Of a stretch of DNA of 64,000 nt, positions 34,624-46,360 are shown in pieces. The stretch covers positions 2,587 to 66,586 of the forward strand of contig CAWFRL010000007.1 of assembly GCA_963818215.1 (NCBI GenBank). The letters run 5' to 3'. The position numbers and the translations under genes were made by a program. The notes below the pieces were generated by a model. It was given only the letters and a program-made list of their open reading frames with translations. It was not told the origin of the DNA and did not search any database. Source of the stretch: Vicinamibacteria bacterium. GTDB lineage: Bacteria > Acidobacteriota > Vicinamibacteria > Vicinamibacterales > JAENWD01. Numbering within the stretch: the first letter of the stretch is position 1; each line of letters begins with the position of its first letter.

Positions 34624-35211
34624 CTACGAGCCGCCGCCGGCCTTGCGCGGCGTGTTGACCTTCCGGCCCCCGGCGGCGCGCGTCGACGACTTCGGCGCCG
34701 GCGACCCGGCGTCCTTCTTGCCGCGCACGCGATCGGCCGCCGCCTTCAGGCGCGCGCCGACGCCCTTCTTGGCCGCCGGCTTCTCGGCGGCCGCGTCGGT
34801 CTTGTCGACGTCCGCGTTGGGGTCGTACTCGCTGCCCACCAGCTCGATCTGCGCCACCTCGGCGCTGTCGCCCCGGCGATAGCCCACCTTCAGCAGGCGC
34901 GTGTAGCCGCCCGGCCGCGCGGCAAAGCGCGGCGCGATGTCGTCAAACAGCTTGCCGACGACGGCGCGGTCCTGGATGTCGACCAGGACCAGGCGACGCG
35001 CGTTGAGCCCCTTGATGTGGCCGTCGCCCGCCGCCAGGCCGCGCTTGGCGATGGTGATCAGCCGCTCGACGAAGGGCCGCAGCTCCTTGGCCTTGGGCAC
35101 GGTGGTCTCGATCCGCTCGTGCCGGATGAGGGCCGTGGCCTGGTTCCGCAGCAGCGCGATGCGATGCTCGGTGACCCGACCCAACTTCCGATGTGCAACT
35201 CTGTGACGCAT
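34624..35211 (-). CDS. rplQ: 50S ribosomal protein L17 with an about 70-aa Lys/Ala/Gly-rich C-terminal extension (intact)
   Basis: [53 protein letters not shown]. Confidence 0.95.
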   Translation of the reverse strand: MRHRVAHRKLGRVTEHRIALLRNQATALIRHERIETTVPKAKELRPFVERLITIAKRGLAAGDGHIKGLNARRLVLVDIQDRAVVGKLFDDIAPRFAARPGGYTRLLKVGYRRGDSAEVAQIELVGSEYDPNADVDKTDAAAEKPAAKKGVGARLKAAADRVRGKKDAGSPAPKSSTRAAGGRKVNTPRKAGGGS

Positions 35212-35285
35212 GATCTGTCTCGTTCGAGCTCGTACGACCCGTGACCCGAGCTCGTCGGCTCGTATCGTCAATCGTCAAGTCATCG

Positions 35286-36265
35286 CTAGTCGCAGTCGTC
35301 GGCTGATCCATCCGCATCCCGAGGCTGAGACCCATCGTCGTCAGGATCTCCTTGATCTCGTTCAGCGACTTTCTGCCGAAGTTCTTCGTCTTGAGCATCT
35401 CGGCTTCGGTCTTGGCCACCAGCTCGCGAATCGTACGGATGTTCGCGTTCTTCAGGCAGTTGTAGGACCGCACCGACAGCTCGAGCTCTTCGACGCTCTT
35501 GTCGAGGTGCTCGTTGAGCGCGCCGACGCGCGCCGGCTCCGAGGCGCCCTCGGCCGAGGACTCGAGCGACTCGTCGAGGTTGATGAAGATGTTCAGGTGG
35601 TCGCGCACCAGCTTGGCGGCCAGCGACACGGCGTCGCGCGGATGGACGGACCCGTTGGTCCACACGTCCAGCGTGAGCTTGTCGTAGTCGGTGGTCTGGC
35701 CCAGACGCGCGGCCTCGACCAGGTAGTTCACCTTCTTGACCGGCGAGTGGATCGAGTCCACCGGAATCCAGCCGATGCCCAGGTCCTCGTCGAAGTTCTT
35801 GTCGGCCGAGACGTAGCCGCGGCCGCGCTTGAGCCGCAGCTCCATGTGGAGCTTGCCGCCCTCGCTCACCGTGGCGATGTGGGCATCCGGCTCGAGGATC
35901 TCGACGTCGGCGTCGGCCTCGATGTCGCGGGCGCGCACTTCACCGGCCTTGTCCACCCGCAGGTAGAGGGTCTTGGTGTAGTCGACGTGCAGCTTCAGCG
36001 GGATCTGCTTGAGGTTGAGGATGATGTCGGTGGCATCCTCGACGACGCCCTGGATCGGCGAGAACTCGTGCAGCACGCCGTCGATCTTCACCGCGGTGAT
36101 GGCCGCGCCCTCAATCGAGGACAGCAGCACGCGCCGGATGGCGTTGCCGATGGTCGTGCCGAAGCCCCGCTCGAAGGGCTGGGCCTGAAAGCGGCCGAAC
36201 CGGTCGGTGAGAGTCTCGCGCTCGACGTCGAGCCGCTTGGGACGCTGAAAACCTTTCCAGAGCAT
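35286..36265 (-). CDS. rpoA: DNA-directed RNA polymerase alpha subunit; 3' end uncertain because there is no in-frame stop before rplQ
   Basis: [15 protein letters not shown]..., [54 protein letters not shown]. The frame stays open into rplQ, so an indel near 35290-35330 is assumed. Confidence 0.9.
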
Positions 36266-36419
36266 CTGATCGTTCCTTTCGCGAACGGGCCGACAGATTC
36301 GGCCACCAGACCTGCGGGACAACTCCCCGGCCGCCCGCTGCAGGTCTGCAAAGCTGCTGGGCCGGGGGGTGCGAATGATCGCGACGTACGAGCGATCGAA
36401 CTACCGAATGCGACTCGAG

Positions 36420-37043
36420 TTACTTCGAATACAACTCGACGATCAGCTGCTCCTGCACGGGCAGGTTGATCTGCTCGCGGGTCGGCAGCGAGACGACCTT
36501 GCCGGCGGCGCCGTCAAACGACAGCCACGCCGGGATGCCGCGGCCCTTCACTTCCTCGATCGCGTGCAGGATCGTCGGCGCCTTCTGGCTGGTGGGCCGG
36601 ATGGTCACGACGTCGCCCGAGCGCAGCGAGTAGGACGGGATGTCGACCTTCTTGCCGTTCACCTGGAAGTGCCCGTGGCGGACCAGCTGGCGCGCCTGCG
36701 CGCGCGAGGTGGCCAGGCCCAGCCGGTAGATCACGTTGTCGAAGCGGCGCTCCAGCAACTGCAGCAGCGTCTCGCCGGTGATGCCGCGCGTGCGGTCGGC
36801 GGACTCGAAATAGCGGCGGAACTGGTCCTCGAGCACCCCGTAGATGCGCTTGACCTTCTGCTTCTCGCGCAGCTGCACGCCGTAGCCCTGCATCTTCTGC
36901 TTGCGCGTCTTGCCGTGCTGTCCGGGCGGGAAGTTGCGCTTCTCGATCGCGCACTTCTCCGTGTAGCAGCGCTCGCCCTTGAGGAACAGCTTCATGCCTT
37001 CCCGACGGCAGAGCCGGCAAACCGCGTCTGTGTAACGTGCCAT
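36420..37043 (-). CDS. rpsD: 30S ribosomal protein S4 (intact)
   Basis: [26 protein letters not shown]..., 207 aa. Confidence 0.97.
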   Translation of the reverse strand: MARYTDAVCRLCRREGMKLFLKGERCYTEKCAIEKRNFPPGQHGKTRKQKMQGYGVQLREKQKVKRIYGVLEDQFRRYFESADRTRGITGETLLQLLERRFDNVIYRLGLATSRAQARQLVRHGHFQVNGKKVDIPSYSLRSGDVVTIRPTSQKAPTILHAIEEVKGRGIPAWLSFDGAAGKVVSLPTREQINLPVQEQLIVELYSK

Positions 37044-37060
37044 GTTGACCTTCAGCCCCT

Positions 37061-37095
37061 AATCGTCAATCTGCAATCTGCAATCTGCAATTCGT
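37061..37095. repeat. heptamer tandem repeat (AATCTGC)x3 with degenerate end units; fills most of the rpsK-rpsD spacer
   Basis: aatcgtc aatctgc aatctgc aatctgc aattcgt. Confidence 0.9.
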
Positions 37096-37096
37096 C

Positions 37097-37523
37097 TTAG
37101 ACGCGCCGCCGTTTCGGCGGGCGGCAGCCGTTGTGCGGGATCGGCGTGACGTCGCGGATCGACTTCACCTCGATGCCGATGGTCTGCAGCGCGCGGATGG
37201 CCGACTCGCGGCCCGAGCCGGGGCCGGTCACGCGCACTTCCACCGACCGCAGCCCCATCGTCTTGGCGGCGTTGCCGGCGTTGATGGCGGCCTGGGTCGC
37301 CGCAAACGGCGTCCCCTTGCGGCTGCCCTTGAAGCCGATCGCGCCCGGCGCTGGACCAGGCGATCACGTTGCCTTCGGTGTCGGTGATCGTGATCACGGT
37401 GTTGTTGAACGACGCCTGGATGTGCGCGTAGCCGGAGTGCACGACGCGCTTCTCACCGCGCTTCTTGAACGTCTTCTTCTTCTTGCCGGGTTTCTCGGCG
37501 CTTGTCGCTTCTGCTTTGGCCAT
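37097..37523 (-). CDS. rpsK: 30S ribosomal protein S11; one extra base near 37345
   Basis: [34 protein letters not shown], then (shifted) [15 protein letters not shown]...[20 protein letters not shown]. Confidence 0.92.
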
Positions 37524-37526
37524 GGC

Positions 37527-37901
37527 CTACACCGTCTTCTTCTTGGCAACCGCGCCCTTGCGCGGGCCCTTGCGCGTCCGCGCGTTGGTGCGCGTGCGCT
37601 GGCCACGGGCCGGCAGACCGCGGCGATGCCGCAGGCCGCGGTAGCAGCCGATCTCCATCAGGCGCTTGATGTTGAGCGAGACTTCCTTGCGGAGGTCGCC
37701 TTCGACCCGCCCCTGCTCCTCGATCACCTTGCTGATCGTCCGGACGTCCTCTTCCGACAGATCCTTCACCCGGATGTCGCCGCTGACGCCGGCTTCCTTG
37801 AGGATGGTGTTGGAGCGCACCCGGCCGATGCCGTAGATGTAGGTGAGCCCGATCTCGACCCGCTTGGTTCGCGGCAGATCCACGCCTGCGATACGTGCCA
37901 T
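37527..37901 (-). CDS. rpsM: 30S ribosomal protein S13 (intact)
   Basis: [26 protein letters not shown]... Confidence 0.97.
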   Translation of the reverse strand: MARIAGVDLPRTKRVEIGLTYIYGIGRVRSNTILKEAGVSGDIRVKDLSEEDVRTISKVIEEQGRVEGDLRKEVSLNIKRLMEIGCYRGLRHRRGLPARGQRTRTNARTRKGPRKGAVAKKKTV

Positions 37902-37953
37902 TTCGATCCTTCGTTGCCGTGCCGAAGCCTTCCCGACCCGTACCGAATCTGTC

Positions 37954-38067
37954 TCATCCCTGACGCTGCTTGTGCTTCGGGTTCGGGCAAATCACCCGCA
38001 CCACGCCTTCGCGCTTGACGACCTTGCACTTGTCGCAAATGCGCTTCACTGACGCTCTGACCTTCAT
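37954..38067 (-). CDS. rpmJ: 50S ribosomal protein L36 (37 aa, not in the ORF track)
   Basis: Hand translation: [37 protein letters not shown]. Confidence 0.92.
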   Translation of the reverse strand: MKVRASVKRICDKCKVVKREGVVRVICPNPKHKQRQG

Positions 38068-38081
38068 AATGTCGTCTCCAC

Positions 38082-38303
38082 TTACACTTCTCCGACGATC
38101 CGTCCCCGGGTCAGATCGCCCGGCGCCAGCACGACGCGCACCCGGTCGCCGATCAACACCCGGATGAAATTCCGCCGCGGGTCGCCGCCCAGATGCGCGG
38201 TCACCTCGCGTCCCCCTTCGAGCGCCACCCGGTAGAGGGCGCTCGGCAGCTGGGCGGTCACCGTGCCTTCGACCGCGCGCGGGCCCGCCGGGGAACCCTC
38301 CAT
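38082..38303 (-). CDS. infA: translation initiation factor IF-1 (divergent sequence, canonical position)
   Basis: [74 protein letters not shown]1-like fold pattern, located between map and rpmJ. Confidence 0.8.
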   Translation of the reverse strand: MEGSPAGPRAVEGTVTAQLPSALYRVALEGGREVTAHLGGDPRRNFIRVLIGDRVRVVLAPGDLTRGRIVGEV

Positions 38304-38307
38304 TGTC

Positions 38308-39114
38308 TCACATTCGCGCCGGCTGGAGCGAGGGCCAGTAGCCATCGGGCCCCGCCACCACCGCCCCGCCAGGCGCCGTCAGCACCAGCGGGCCATCCGC
38401 CGTGACGGCCACCGTGTGCTCGAAATGGGCCGACAGCTGCCCGTCCTTCGTCACGGCCGTCCACCCGTCCGACAGCACCCGCACCGGCGCCTTGCCCAGG
38501 TTCACCATGGGCTCGATCGCCAGCACCATGCCCTCGGCCAGCCGCGGCCCGCGGCCCGCCGGCCCGTAGTTGGGGATCTGCGGCTCCTCGTGCAGCTTCT
38601 GCCCGATGCCGTGTCCCACGAACTCGCGGACCACGCTGAACCCGTGCGCCTCGACGTGCCCTTGCACGGCCGCACCCAGGTCCGAGATCCGCGCGCCCAC
38701 TTTCACCTGGGCGATGGCCTTGTGCAGCGACTCTTCGGTCACCCGCAGCAGCGCCGCGGCCTGCTCGCTCACCCGGCCCACCGGCAGCGTCACCGCCGCA
38801 TCGCCGTAGTACCCGTCGAGCACCACGCCCAGGTCGATGGCGATGATGTCGCCTTCGACCAGCTCCCGCCGCGACGGGATGCCGTGCACGACCTCTTCGT
38901 TCACCGACGCGCAAATCGTCGCCGGGTAGCCGTGATAGCCCTTGAAGGCCGGCTCGGCCTGCGCCGCCCGCACGCGCGATTCGGCCAGCGCATCCAGGTC
39001 CGCCGTCGTCACGCCCGGCTTCACCGCCTCGCGCAACTCGGCCAGGATGTCGGCCACCAGCGCGTTGGCCGCCTTCATGCGCACGAGTTCCGCCGGCGAC
39101 TTGCAGATAATCAC
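38308..39114 (-). CDS. map: type I methionine aminopeptidase (single frame, GTG start overlapping the adk stop)
   Basis: [64 protein letters not shown]. Confidence 0.93.
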   Translation of the reverse strand: MIICKSPAELVRMKAANALVADILAELREAVKPGVTTADLDALAESRVRAAQAEPAFKGYHGYPATICASVNEEVVHGIPSRRELVEGDIIAIDLGVVLDGYYGDAAVTLPVGRVSEQAAALLRVTEESLHKAIAQVKVGARISDLGAAVQGHVEAHGFSVVREFVGHGIGQKLHEEPQIPNYGPAGRGPRLAEGMVLAIEPMVNLGKAPVRVLSDGWTAVTKDGQLSAHFEHTVAVTADGPLVLTAPGGAVVAGPDGYWPSLQPARM

Positions 39115-39828
39115 GCGCGTGCCCGGTTGCGAGTCGACTCCAGCGCCAGCGCCGCGTCGATGGCGCGGTGCATGTCCGCCGTCACCTGGTCGGGCGCCTG
39201 CAGCCCGTTGATGAGGCTGAAGGTCGGCCGACCCCGATAGAAATCCACCAGCGGCGCGGTCTGGCTCGTGAACACCTTGAGCCGGTCCCGAATCACCGCC
39301 GCGCTGTCGTCGTCGCGCTGCACCAGCTGGCCGCCGCACTTGCGGCACCGGCCCGACTCCACCGGCCCTTCGGCGCTCGACTCGCCGACCAGCTCCGGCG
39401 TGTCCACGCCGCCAAACGTCGCGCCGCAGTCCTGGCACACCCGGCGCCACGTCAGCCGCCTGACCAGCTCCTGCTCGGGCACGTCCACCACGACGACCAC
39501 CAGCGGCCCGCGGCCCTCGAGCATCCCGTCGAGCGCGCGCGCCTGGACGACCGTCCGCGGAAACCCGTCGAGCACGAAGCCCTTGGCGACGTCGGGCTTG
39601 GCCAGCCGTTCCTCCGACCACCGCGATGATCGCCTCGTCGCTCACCAGCCGACCGGCGCCGATGACGCCCTTCACCGCCTGGCCCAGCGGCGTCCCGGCG
39701 ACCACCGCCTCACGCAGCATGTCGCCCGTGGAGATCTTCGGGATGCCATACTGCCTGCGCAGTCGAGCCGCCTGGGTGCCCTTGCCCGCTCCTGGCGGGC
39801 CGATCATCACGAGGTTCAGCGCCATCAC
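39111..39828 (-). CDS. adk: adenylate kinase (Zn-lid type); one frameshift near 39600
   Basis: [23 protein letters not shown], then (shifted) [19 protein letters not shown]...[14 protein letters not shown]. Confidence 0.92.
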
Positions 39829-39852
39829 CTGTCGCGCCGACGGGAACCCGGG

Positions 39853-41242
<1,390 letters not shown>

Positions 41243-41251
41243 TGTGGTCCT

Positions 41252-41695
41252 TTAGAGAACTTCCGCCGTGCCGCCGGCGGCCTGGATCTTCTCGGCCGCC
41301 TTGCCGCTGAACTTGTGCGCCTTGATGGTCAGCGCCTTGGCCACGTCGCCGCGCGCCAGCACCTTCACCGGCGCCGCGCCGGCCGACACCAGGCCGTGCT
41401 CGCGCAGCAGCTCGGGCGTGACGACGGCGCCGGCCTCGAACACCTCGGCGATGCGGTCCACATTCACCACCTCGTACTCGCGGCGGAAGATGTTGGTGAA
41501 CCCGCGCTTCGGGATCCGGCGGTGCAGCGGCATCTGGCCGCCCTCGAAGCCGCGCTTGGACTTGTAGCCCGACCGCGACTGCGCGCCCTTGTGACCGCGG
41601 CCGGCCGTCTTGCCGTTGCCGCTGCCCTGGCCGCGCCCGACGCGGAACTTCTTGCCCTTGGAGCCCTCTGCGGGCTTCAGCTTGTCCAGACCCAT
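41252..41695 (-). CDS. rplO: 50S ribosomal protein L15 (intact)
   Basis: [24 protein letters not shown]. Confidence 0.97.
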   Translation of the reverse strand: MGLDKLKPAEGSKGKKFRVGRGQGSGNGKTAGRGHKGAQSRSGYKSKRGFEGGQMPLHRRIPKRGFTNIFRREYEVVNVDRIAEVFEAGAVVTPELLREHGLVSAGAAPVKVLARGDVAKALTIKAHKFSGKAAEKIQAAGGTAEVL

Positions 41696-41697
41696 CG

Positions 41698-41886
41698 CTA
41701 GTTCCCTTCGACCGTCACGAGGTGGCGCACCTTGAGCAGCGCGCCGCGCACTTCGGGCGTGTCGGCCAGCGTCACCGAGTGCCGGATGCGGCGCAAACCG
41801 AGGCTCTCCACGACCTTGAACTGCTTCTCGTTGAAGCCGATCGTGCTCTTGACGAGCGTGATCTTGAGCGTTTTCTTCTCAGCCAT
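41698..41886 (-). CDS. rpmD: 50S ribosomal protein L30 (intact)
   Basis: [28 protein letters not shown]. Confidence 0.95.
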   Translation of the reverse strand: MAEKKTLKITLVKSTIGFNEKQFKVVESLGLRRIRHSVTLADTPEVRGALLKVRHLVTVEGN

Positions 41887-41902
41887 TGTGTCTTCCTGCC
41901 CG

Positions 41903-42424
41903 CTACCGGGTCGTCGCCTGCTCGATCTCGGCCAGGTCCTTGCCGCGCAGACGCGCGACGGTCACCGGGTCCTTCAACTGCTGCAGTCCGGTGAAGGTCG
42001 CCCGCACCACGTTGTGCGGGTTGGCCGACCCGAGCGACTTGGTCAACACGTTCTGCACGCCGGCCGCTTCCACCACCGCGCGCACGGCGCCGCCGGCGAT
42101 GATGCCGGTGCCATCCGGCGCCGGCTTGAGCAGCACGCTGCCCGAACCGAACTTGCCGATGATCGGGTGCGGCACGGTCGTGCCCTGCAGCGGCACGCGG
42201 ATCAGGCCCTTCTTGGCGGCCTCGATGCCCTTCTTGATCGCCGACGGCACTTCCTTGGCCTTGCCGACGCCAAAGCCCACCACGCCATGCCCGTCGCCGA
42301 CGACGACCAGCGCCGAGAAGCTGAGGTTCTTGCCGCCCTTGACGACCTTGGTGACGCGGTTGATGGCCACCACCGTGTCGCGCAGGTCGAGTTGCGACGC
42401 GTCAATGCGTTCGCGCGTTTTCAT
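41903..42424 (-). CDS. rpsE: 30S ribosomal protein S5 (intact)
   Basis: [39 protein letters not shown]. Confidence 0.97.
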   Translation of the reverse strand: MKTRERIDASQLDLRDTVVAINRVTKVVKGGKNLSFSALVVVGDGHGVVGFGVGKAKEVPSAIKKGIEAAKKGLIRVPLQGTTVPHPIIGKFGSGSVLLKPAPDGTGIIAGGAVRAVVEAAGVQNVLTKSLGSANPHNVVRATFTGLQQLKDPVTVARLRGKDLAEIEQATTR

Positions 42425-42428
42425 TAGC

Positions 42429-42802
42429 CTAAAACTCCAGCCCCGCCGAACGCGCTGCGTCGGCCACGGCCTTGATGCGTCCGTGATAGAGGAACCCGTT
42501 GCGGTCGAACACCACCTTGGTGATGCCCTTGGCCTTCAGCCGCTCGGCAATCGCCTTGCCGATGGCCTCGGCCCCTTGCTGTTGCCGCCCCTGGCGCCGT
42601 CGCCGAGCGCAGCCTTGATGGTCGGCTCGACGCTCGAGGCCGACGCGATCGTGGTGCCGGTGCGATCGTCGATCACCTGCACGTAGATGTGCGCGACGCT
42701 TCTGAACACCGACAGCCGCGGACGCTCGGGCGTGCCCGCAATGCGCTTGCGCAGCCGCAGCTTGATCCGGTCGCGTCGATCTTCCTTGGTCTTGATTCTC
42801 AT
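42429..42802 (-). CDS. rplR: 50S ribosomal protein L18; one frameshift near 42570
   Basis: [20 protein letters not shown], then (shifted) [33 protein letters not shown]. Confidence 0.92.
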
Positions 42803-42840
42803 CGTCTTATGCTCTCGCTGGGACTCAGCTCACGCTGTTA

Positions 42841-42902
42841 CCAGCACCTCGGCACCTGGCACCCGGCACCGCACTCGGCACCTGGCACTCGGCACCCGGC
42901 AC
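42841..42902. repeat. about 9 tandem units of a 7-nt repeat (NNGGCAC; mRNA strand GTGCCNN) in the rplF-rplR spacer
   Basis: ccagcac ctcggcac ctggcac ccggcac cgcac tcggcac ctggcac tcggcac ccggcac. Confidence 0.9.
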
Positions 42903-42905
42903 TCG

Positions 42906-43444
42906 TTATGCGCCCGTCTTGCCCAACCTTCTTCTTCAGCACTTCGCCGGTGTAGCGCACGCCCTTCTGCTTGTACGGGTCGGGCTTGCGCAGGCGACGG
43001 ATGTTGGCGGCGACCTGGCCGACCTTCTGCCGGTCGGCGCCCGTCACGGTGATGTGCGTCTGGGCTGCTGACGAGCACGTCGACACCCTCGGGCACGTCA
43101 AACACCACCGGGTGCGAGTAGCCGAGCGCGAACACGACCTGCTTGCCCTTCTGCTCGGCGCGATAGCCGACGCCGACGATGTCGAGCTCCTTCTTGAAGC
43201 CATCGGTGACGCCGGCGATGGCGTTGGCCACCAGCGTGCGCGCGAGGCCATGGAACTTGCCAAGCGCCTTGTCGTCGCGCACCAGGCTGGCGGTGAGCTG
43301 GCCATCGGCCAGGGCGAAGGTCACGCCCGGCGGCAGCGCCTGACGCAGCTCGCCCTTGGGTCCCTTGACCTGGACGGCGTCGGCGGCGACCTGCACGGTC
43401 ACGCCCTTGGGCACCGGAATGGGTTTCTTGCCAATTCGAGACAT
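42906..43444 (-). CDS. rplF: 50S ribosomal protein L6; 2 frameshifts (about 43060 and an extra base at 42922-42924 that hides the stop)
   Basis: [19 protein letters not shown]..., [21 protein letters not shown]. Removing one G restores ...KKKVGKTGA-TAA. Confidence 0.92.
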
Positions 43445-43505
43445 GTCGCTGAATCCTTACGATCGCGCCTACACCGTGGCGGCGGGGCTTGAGCCCCGCA
43501 ACCGC

Positions 43506-43914
43506 TTACCAGACGTTGCAGAGTATCTCGCCGCCCACGCCGGCCTTGACGGCCTCGCGGCCGCTCATGACGCCGCGCGAGGTCGTGAGGATGGCTCGTG
43601 CCGAGGCCCCCGAGCACGGTCGGCACGTCGTCGCGGCCGAAATAGACGCGGCGGCCGGGCCGGCTCACGCGCTGCACGCCCGTGATGACCCGCTCGCCGT
43701 GCGGCCCGTACTTCAGGAACAGGCGAATCGCCTTGCGGGGCGAGCCGTGTTCGGTCTTCTCGTCGAGCACCTTGAAGCCGTGGAGGTAGCCCTCCTCGAC
43801 CAGGATGCGGGCCACCTCGGCCTTCAGCTTCGACGCCGGCATGTCGATCTTCGCCTGCTTCGCGTTCACCCCGTTCCGGATGCGCGTGAGCATGTCAGCA
43901 ATCGGATCAGTCAT
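43506..43914 (-). CDS. rpsH: 30S ribosomal protein S8; one frameshift near 43600
   Basis: [20 protein letters not shown]..., C-terminus (shifted) [26 protein letters not shown]. Confidence 0.92.
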
Positions 43915-43982
43915 ATTCCTCAGTCCTGATACGCACAGGAACCCGGGGCACGCCCTCGTCCTGCGGTCTATCACCCAACCTG

Positions 43983-44018
43983 CCCGTTCAACCCGTTCAA
44001 CCTGACCAACCCGCCACC
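43983..44018. repeat. 9-nt tandem repeat x4 (cccgttcaa cccgttcaa cctgaccaa cccgccacc) in the rpsH-rpsN spacer
   Basis: Read directly. The first two units are identical. Confidence 0.8.
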
Positions 44019-44034
44019 ACAACCGATCAGCCGT

Positions 44035-44220
44035 CTACCAGCTGCTCTTGGTGACGCCCGTGACGTCGCCTTCGAGCGCCAGCTTGCGGAAGCACAGACG
44101 GCACAGCGCGAACTTTCGCATGTACGCGCGCGGCCGGCCGCACCGCTTGCAGCGGTTTCTGTGGCGCACCTTGAACTTGAGCGTCTTGCTTTCCCGAGCG
44201 ATTTTCGCCGTGGTTGCCAT
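44035..44220 (-). CDS. rpsN: 30S ribosomal protein S14, short zinc-binding (type Z) form (intact, 61 aa)
   Basis: [61 protein letters not shown]. Confidence 0.95.
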   Translation of the reverse strand: MATTAKIARESKTLKFKVRHRNRCKRCGRPRAYMRKFALCRLCFRKLALEGDVTGVTKSSW

Positions 44221-44763
44221 CAGTTGCTCCGGAACGGCAGCCCGATGAGCTGCAGCAGCTTGCGCGCCTCTTCGTCGGTCTTCGCCGTCGTGACGACCGA
44301 CACATTCATGCCGCGCGCCTTGTCGACCTTCATGTAGTCGATCTCCGGGAAGATGATCTGATCCCGCAGACCCAGCGTGTAGTTGCCGCGGCCGTCGAAG
44401 CCCTTGGCCGAGATGCCCTTGAAGTCGCGCACGCGCGGCAGGGCGATGCTCGCCAGGCGATCGAGGAACTCGTACATCCGCTCGCCGCGCAGCGTGACCA
44501 TGGTGCCCGACGGGCTGGCCCTGGCGCACCTTGAACTGCGCGATCGACTTGGTGGCCCGGCGCACGGCGGCCTTCTGGCCGCTGATCTTGCCGAGCTCGT
44601 CGGCGGCCGTGTCGATGATCTTGGCGTTGCTGGTGGCTTCGCCCAGCCCCATGTTGATCACCACTTTGGTGACCTTGGGGATCGCCATGATGTTCGTGTA
44701 GCCGAACTCCTTCTTCAGGGCCGGCACGACCTCTTTCTGGTACTTCTCCCTGAGGCGGTTCAT
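44220..44763 (-). CDS. rplE: 50S ribosomal protein L5; one frameshift near 44510
   Basis: [44 protein letters not shown]-terminal [23 protein letters not shown]... Confidence 0.93.
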
Positions 44764-45092
44764 TTGTCGACCACTCCCTCGCACTTGCGGCAAATCCGGA
44801 CCTTGCGGCCGTCGTCGAGCACCTTGCGCCCGATACGGGTCATCGCCCCGCACTCGGGGCACACGAGCTGGACGTTGCTGGCGTGCAGCGACGCCTCGCG
44901 CGACACGATCCCGCCCTTGACGTTCTTGGCCGGGTTGGGCCGCGTGTGGCGCTTGATGAGATTCACGCCTTCGACGATCAGGCGGTTCTTTTCCGTCACG
45001 ACCTTGATGACCCGGCCCTTCTTGCCGCGGTCCTTTCCCGTCGTGACGATGACGGTGTCGTTGCGCCGAATGGGCGTCTGGAGACGAGACAT
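44760..45092 (-). CDS. rplX: 50S ribosomal protein L24 (intact)
   Basis: [23 protein letters not shown]. Confidence 0.96.
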   Translation of the reverse strand: MSRLQTPIRRNDTVIVTTGKDRGKKGRVIKVVTEKNRLIVEGVNLIKRHTRPNPAKNVKGGIVSREASLHASNVQLVCPECGAMTRIGRKVLDDGRKVRICRKCEGVVDK

Positions 45093-45095
45093 GAC

Positions 45096-45464
45096 TTACA
45101 GCACCTCTGGCGCGAGCGAGATGATCTTCATGAACTTCCGCTCGCGCAGCTCGCGGGCGACCGGGCCGAACACACGCGTGCCGACCGGCTCGTTCTGGTC
45201 GTTGATCAGCACGGCGGCGTTGCGGTCGAAGCGGATGTAGCTGCCGTCGCGCCGGCGCTGTTCCTTCTTCGTCCGCACGATGACGGCCTTGACGACCTGG
45301 CCCTTCTTGACCGTGCCGTCCGGGGTGGCTTCCTTCACCGAGGCGGTGACGATGTCGCCCAGCCGCGCGTAGCGGCCGGTCGATCCGCCGATCGGGTTGA
45401 TCACGGCGATCTTCCGCGCGCCGGAGTTGTCGGCGACGTCGAGGATCGAACGCATCTGGATCAT
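45096..45464 (-). CDS. rplN: 50S ribosomal protein L14 (intact)
   Basis: [22 protein letters not shown]. Confidence 0.97.
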   Translation of the reverse strand: MIQMRSILDVADNSGARKIAVINPIGGSTGRYARLGDIVTASVKEATPDGTVKKGQVVKAVIVRTKKEQRRRDGSYIRFDRNAAVLINDQNEPVGTRVFGPVARELRERKFMKIISLAPEVL

Positions 45465-45474
45465 GGCGTCCCCC

Positions 45475-45723
45475 TTAGACCTTCGTGGCCTTGCGCACGA
45501 CGCGCGTCACGACCCAGCGCTTGCTCTTGCTGAGCGGCCGGCTCTCGACGATGGCGACCTGGTCGCCCGTCTTGGCGCCCTGTTCGTCGTGGGCCATGAA
45601 CTTGGTCGTGCGGCGCTGCGCCTTGCCGTAGAGTTCGTGGCGCACGACACGTTCGATGGCGACCACGACCGTGTTGGTCATCTTGTCGCTCACCACCGTC
45701 CCGAGCTTTTCTGCTTTGCTCAT
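45475..45723 (-). CDS. rpsQ: 30S ribosomal protein S17 (intact)
   Basis: [27 protein letters not shown]. Confidence 0.96.
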   Translation of the reverse strand: MSKAEKLGTVVSDKMTNTVVVAIERVVRHELYGKAQRRTTKFMAHDEQGAKTGDQVAIVESRPLSKSKRWVVTRVVRKATKV

Positions 45724-45727
45724 CTCG

Positions 45728-45925
45728 TTACCCGTTCTTCTGCCGCAGCAGGGTCTTGACGCGCGCCAGATCGCGCCGGACGGTCCGCACCTTCAGCGGC
45801 GCCTCCAGCTGCCCCATGGACTTCTGGATGCGCAGGCGAAAGAGCTGGTCGTCGAGCTCCTTCTCCTTGGTGCGCAGGTCGTCGGCCGACAGGTCCTTGA
45901 ACTCGGCGATCCTGGAGGCCATTAC
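45728..45925 (-). CDS. rpmC: 50S ribosomal protein L29 (intact, 65 aa)
   Basis: [31 protein letters not shown]. Confidence 0.93.
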   Translation of the reverse strand, partial: VMASRIAEFKDLSADDLRTKEKELDDQLFRLRIQKSMGQLEAPLKVRTVRRDLARVKTLLRQKNG

Positions 45926-46344
45926 ACGTGCTCCTGCGCGAAGCGTGTCGCGAACTTCGTGAGGATGGGGAGCTTGGACGCGGCCAGCTTCATCGCGGCC
46001 TTCGCGTCGGTCTCGCTCACGCCTTCCATCTCGAAGAGAATCCGCCCGGGCCGCACGACGCACACCCACTGCTCGGGCGCGCCCTTGCCCTTGCCCATTC
46101 GGGTTTCCTGCGGCTTCTTGGTGATGGGCTTGTCGGGGAACACCCGCACCCAGATCTTGCCGCCGCGCTTGATGGCGCGCGTCATCGCGACACGGGCCGC
46201 CTCGATCTGGCGATCCGTGAGCCAGCACGGCTCGAGCGCCTTGAGCCCGTAGTCGCCAAACGACACGTCGGACCCGCGCCAGGCCTTGCCAGCCATGCGC
46301 CCGCGCTGCTGCTTGCGGTACTTGACCTTCTTCGGCATCAACAT
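45922..46344 (-). CDS. rplP: 50S ribosomal protein L16 (intact)
   Basis: [36 protein letters not shown]. Confidence 0.97.
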   Translation of the reverse strand: MLMPKKVKYRKQQRGRMAGKAWRGSDVSFGDYGLKALEPCWLTDRQIEAARVAMTRAIKRGGKIWVRVFPDKPITKKPQETRMGKGKGAPEQWVCVVRPGRILFEMEGVSETDAKAAMKLAASKLPILTKFATRFAQEHV

Positions 46345-46360
46345 GATGCAGTTCACTCCA

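Noticed and set aside
42841-42902. Repeated TGGCAC strings as sigma54 -24 elements
   Set aside because: They are on the non-transcribed (plus) strand relative to all nearby genes, lack the TTGC -12 element at the correct spacing, and belong to a regular heptamer array.
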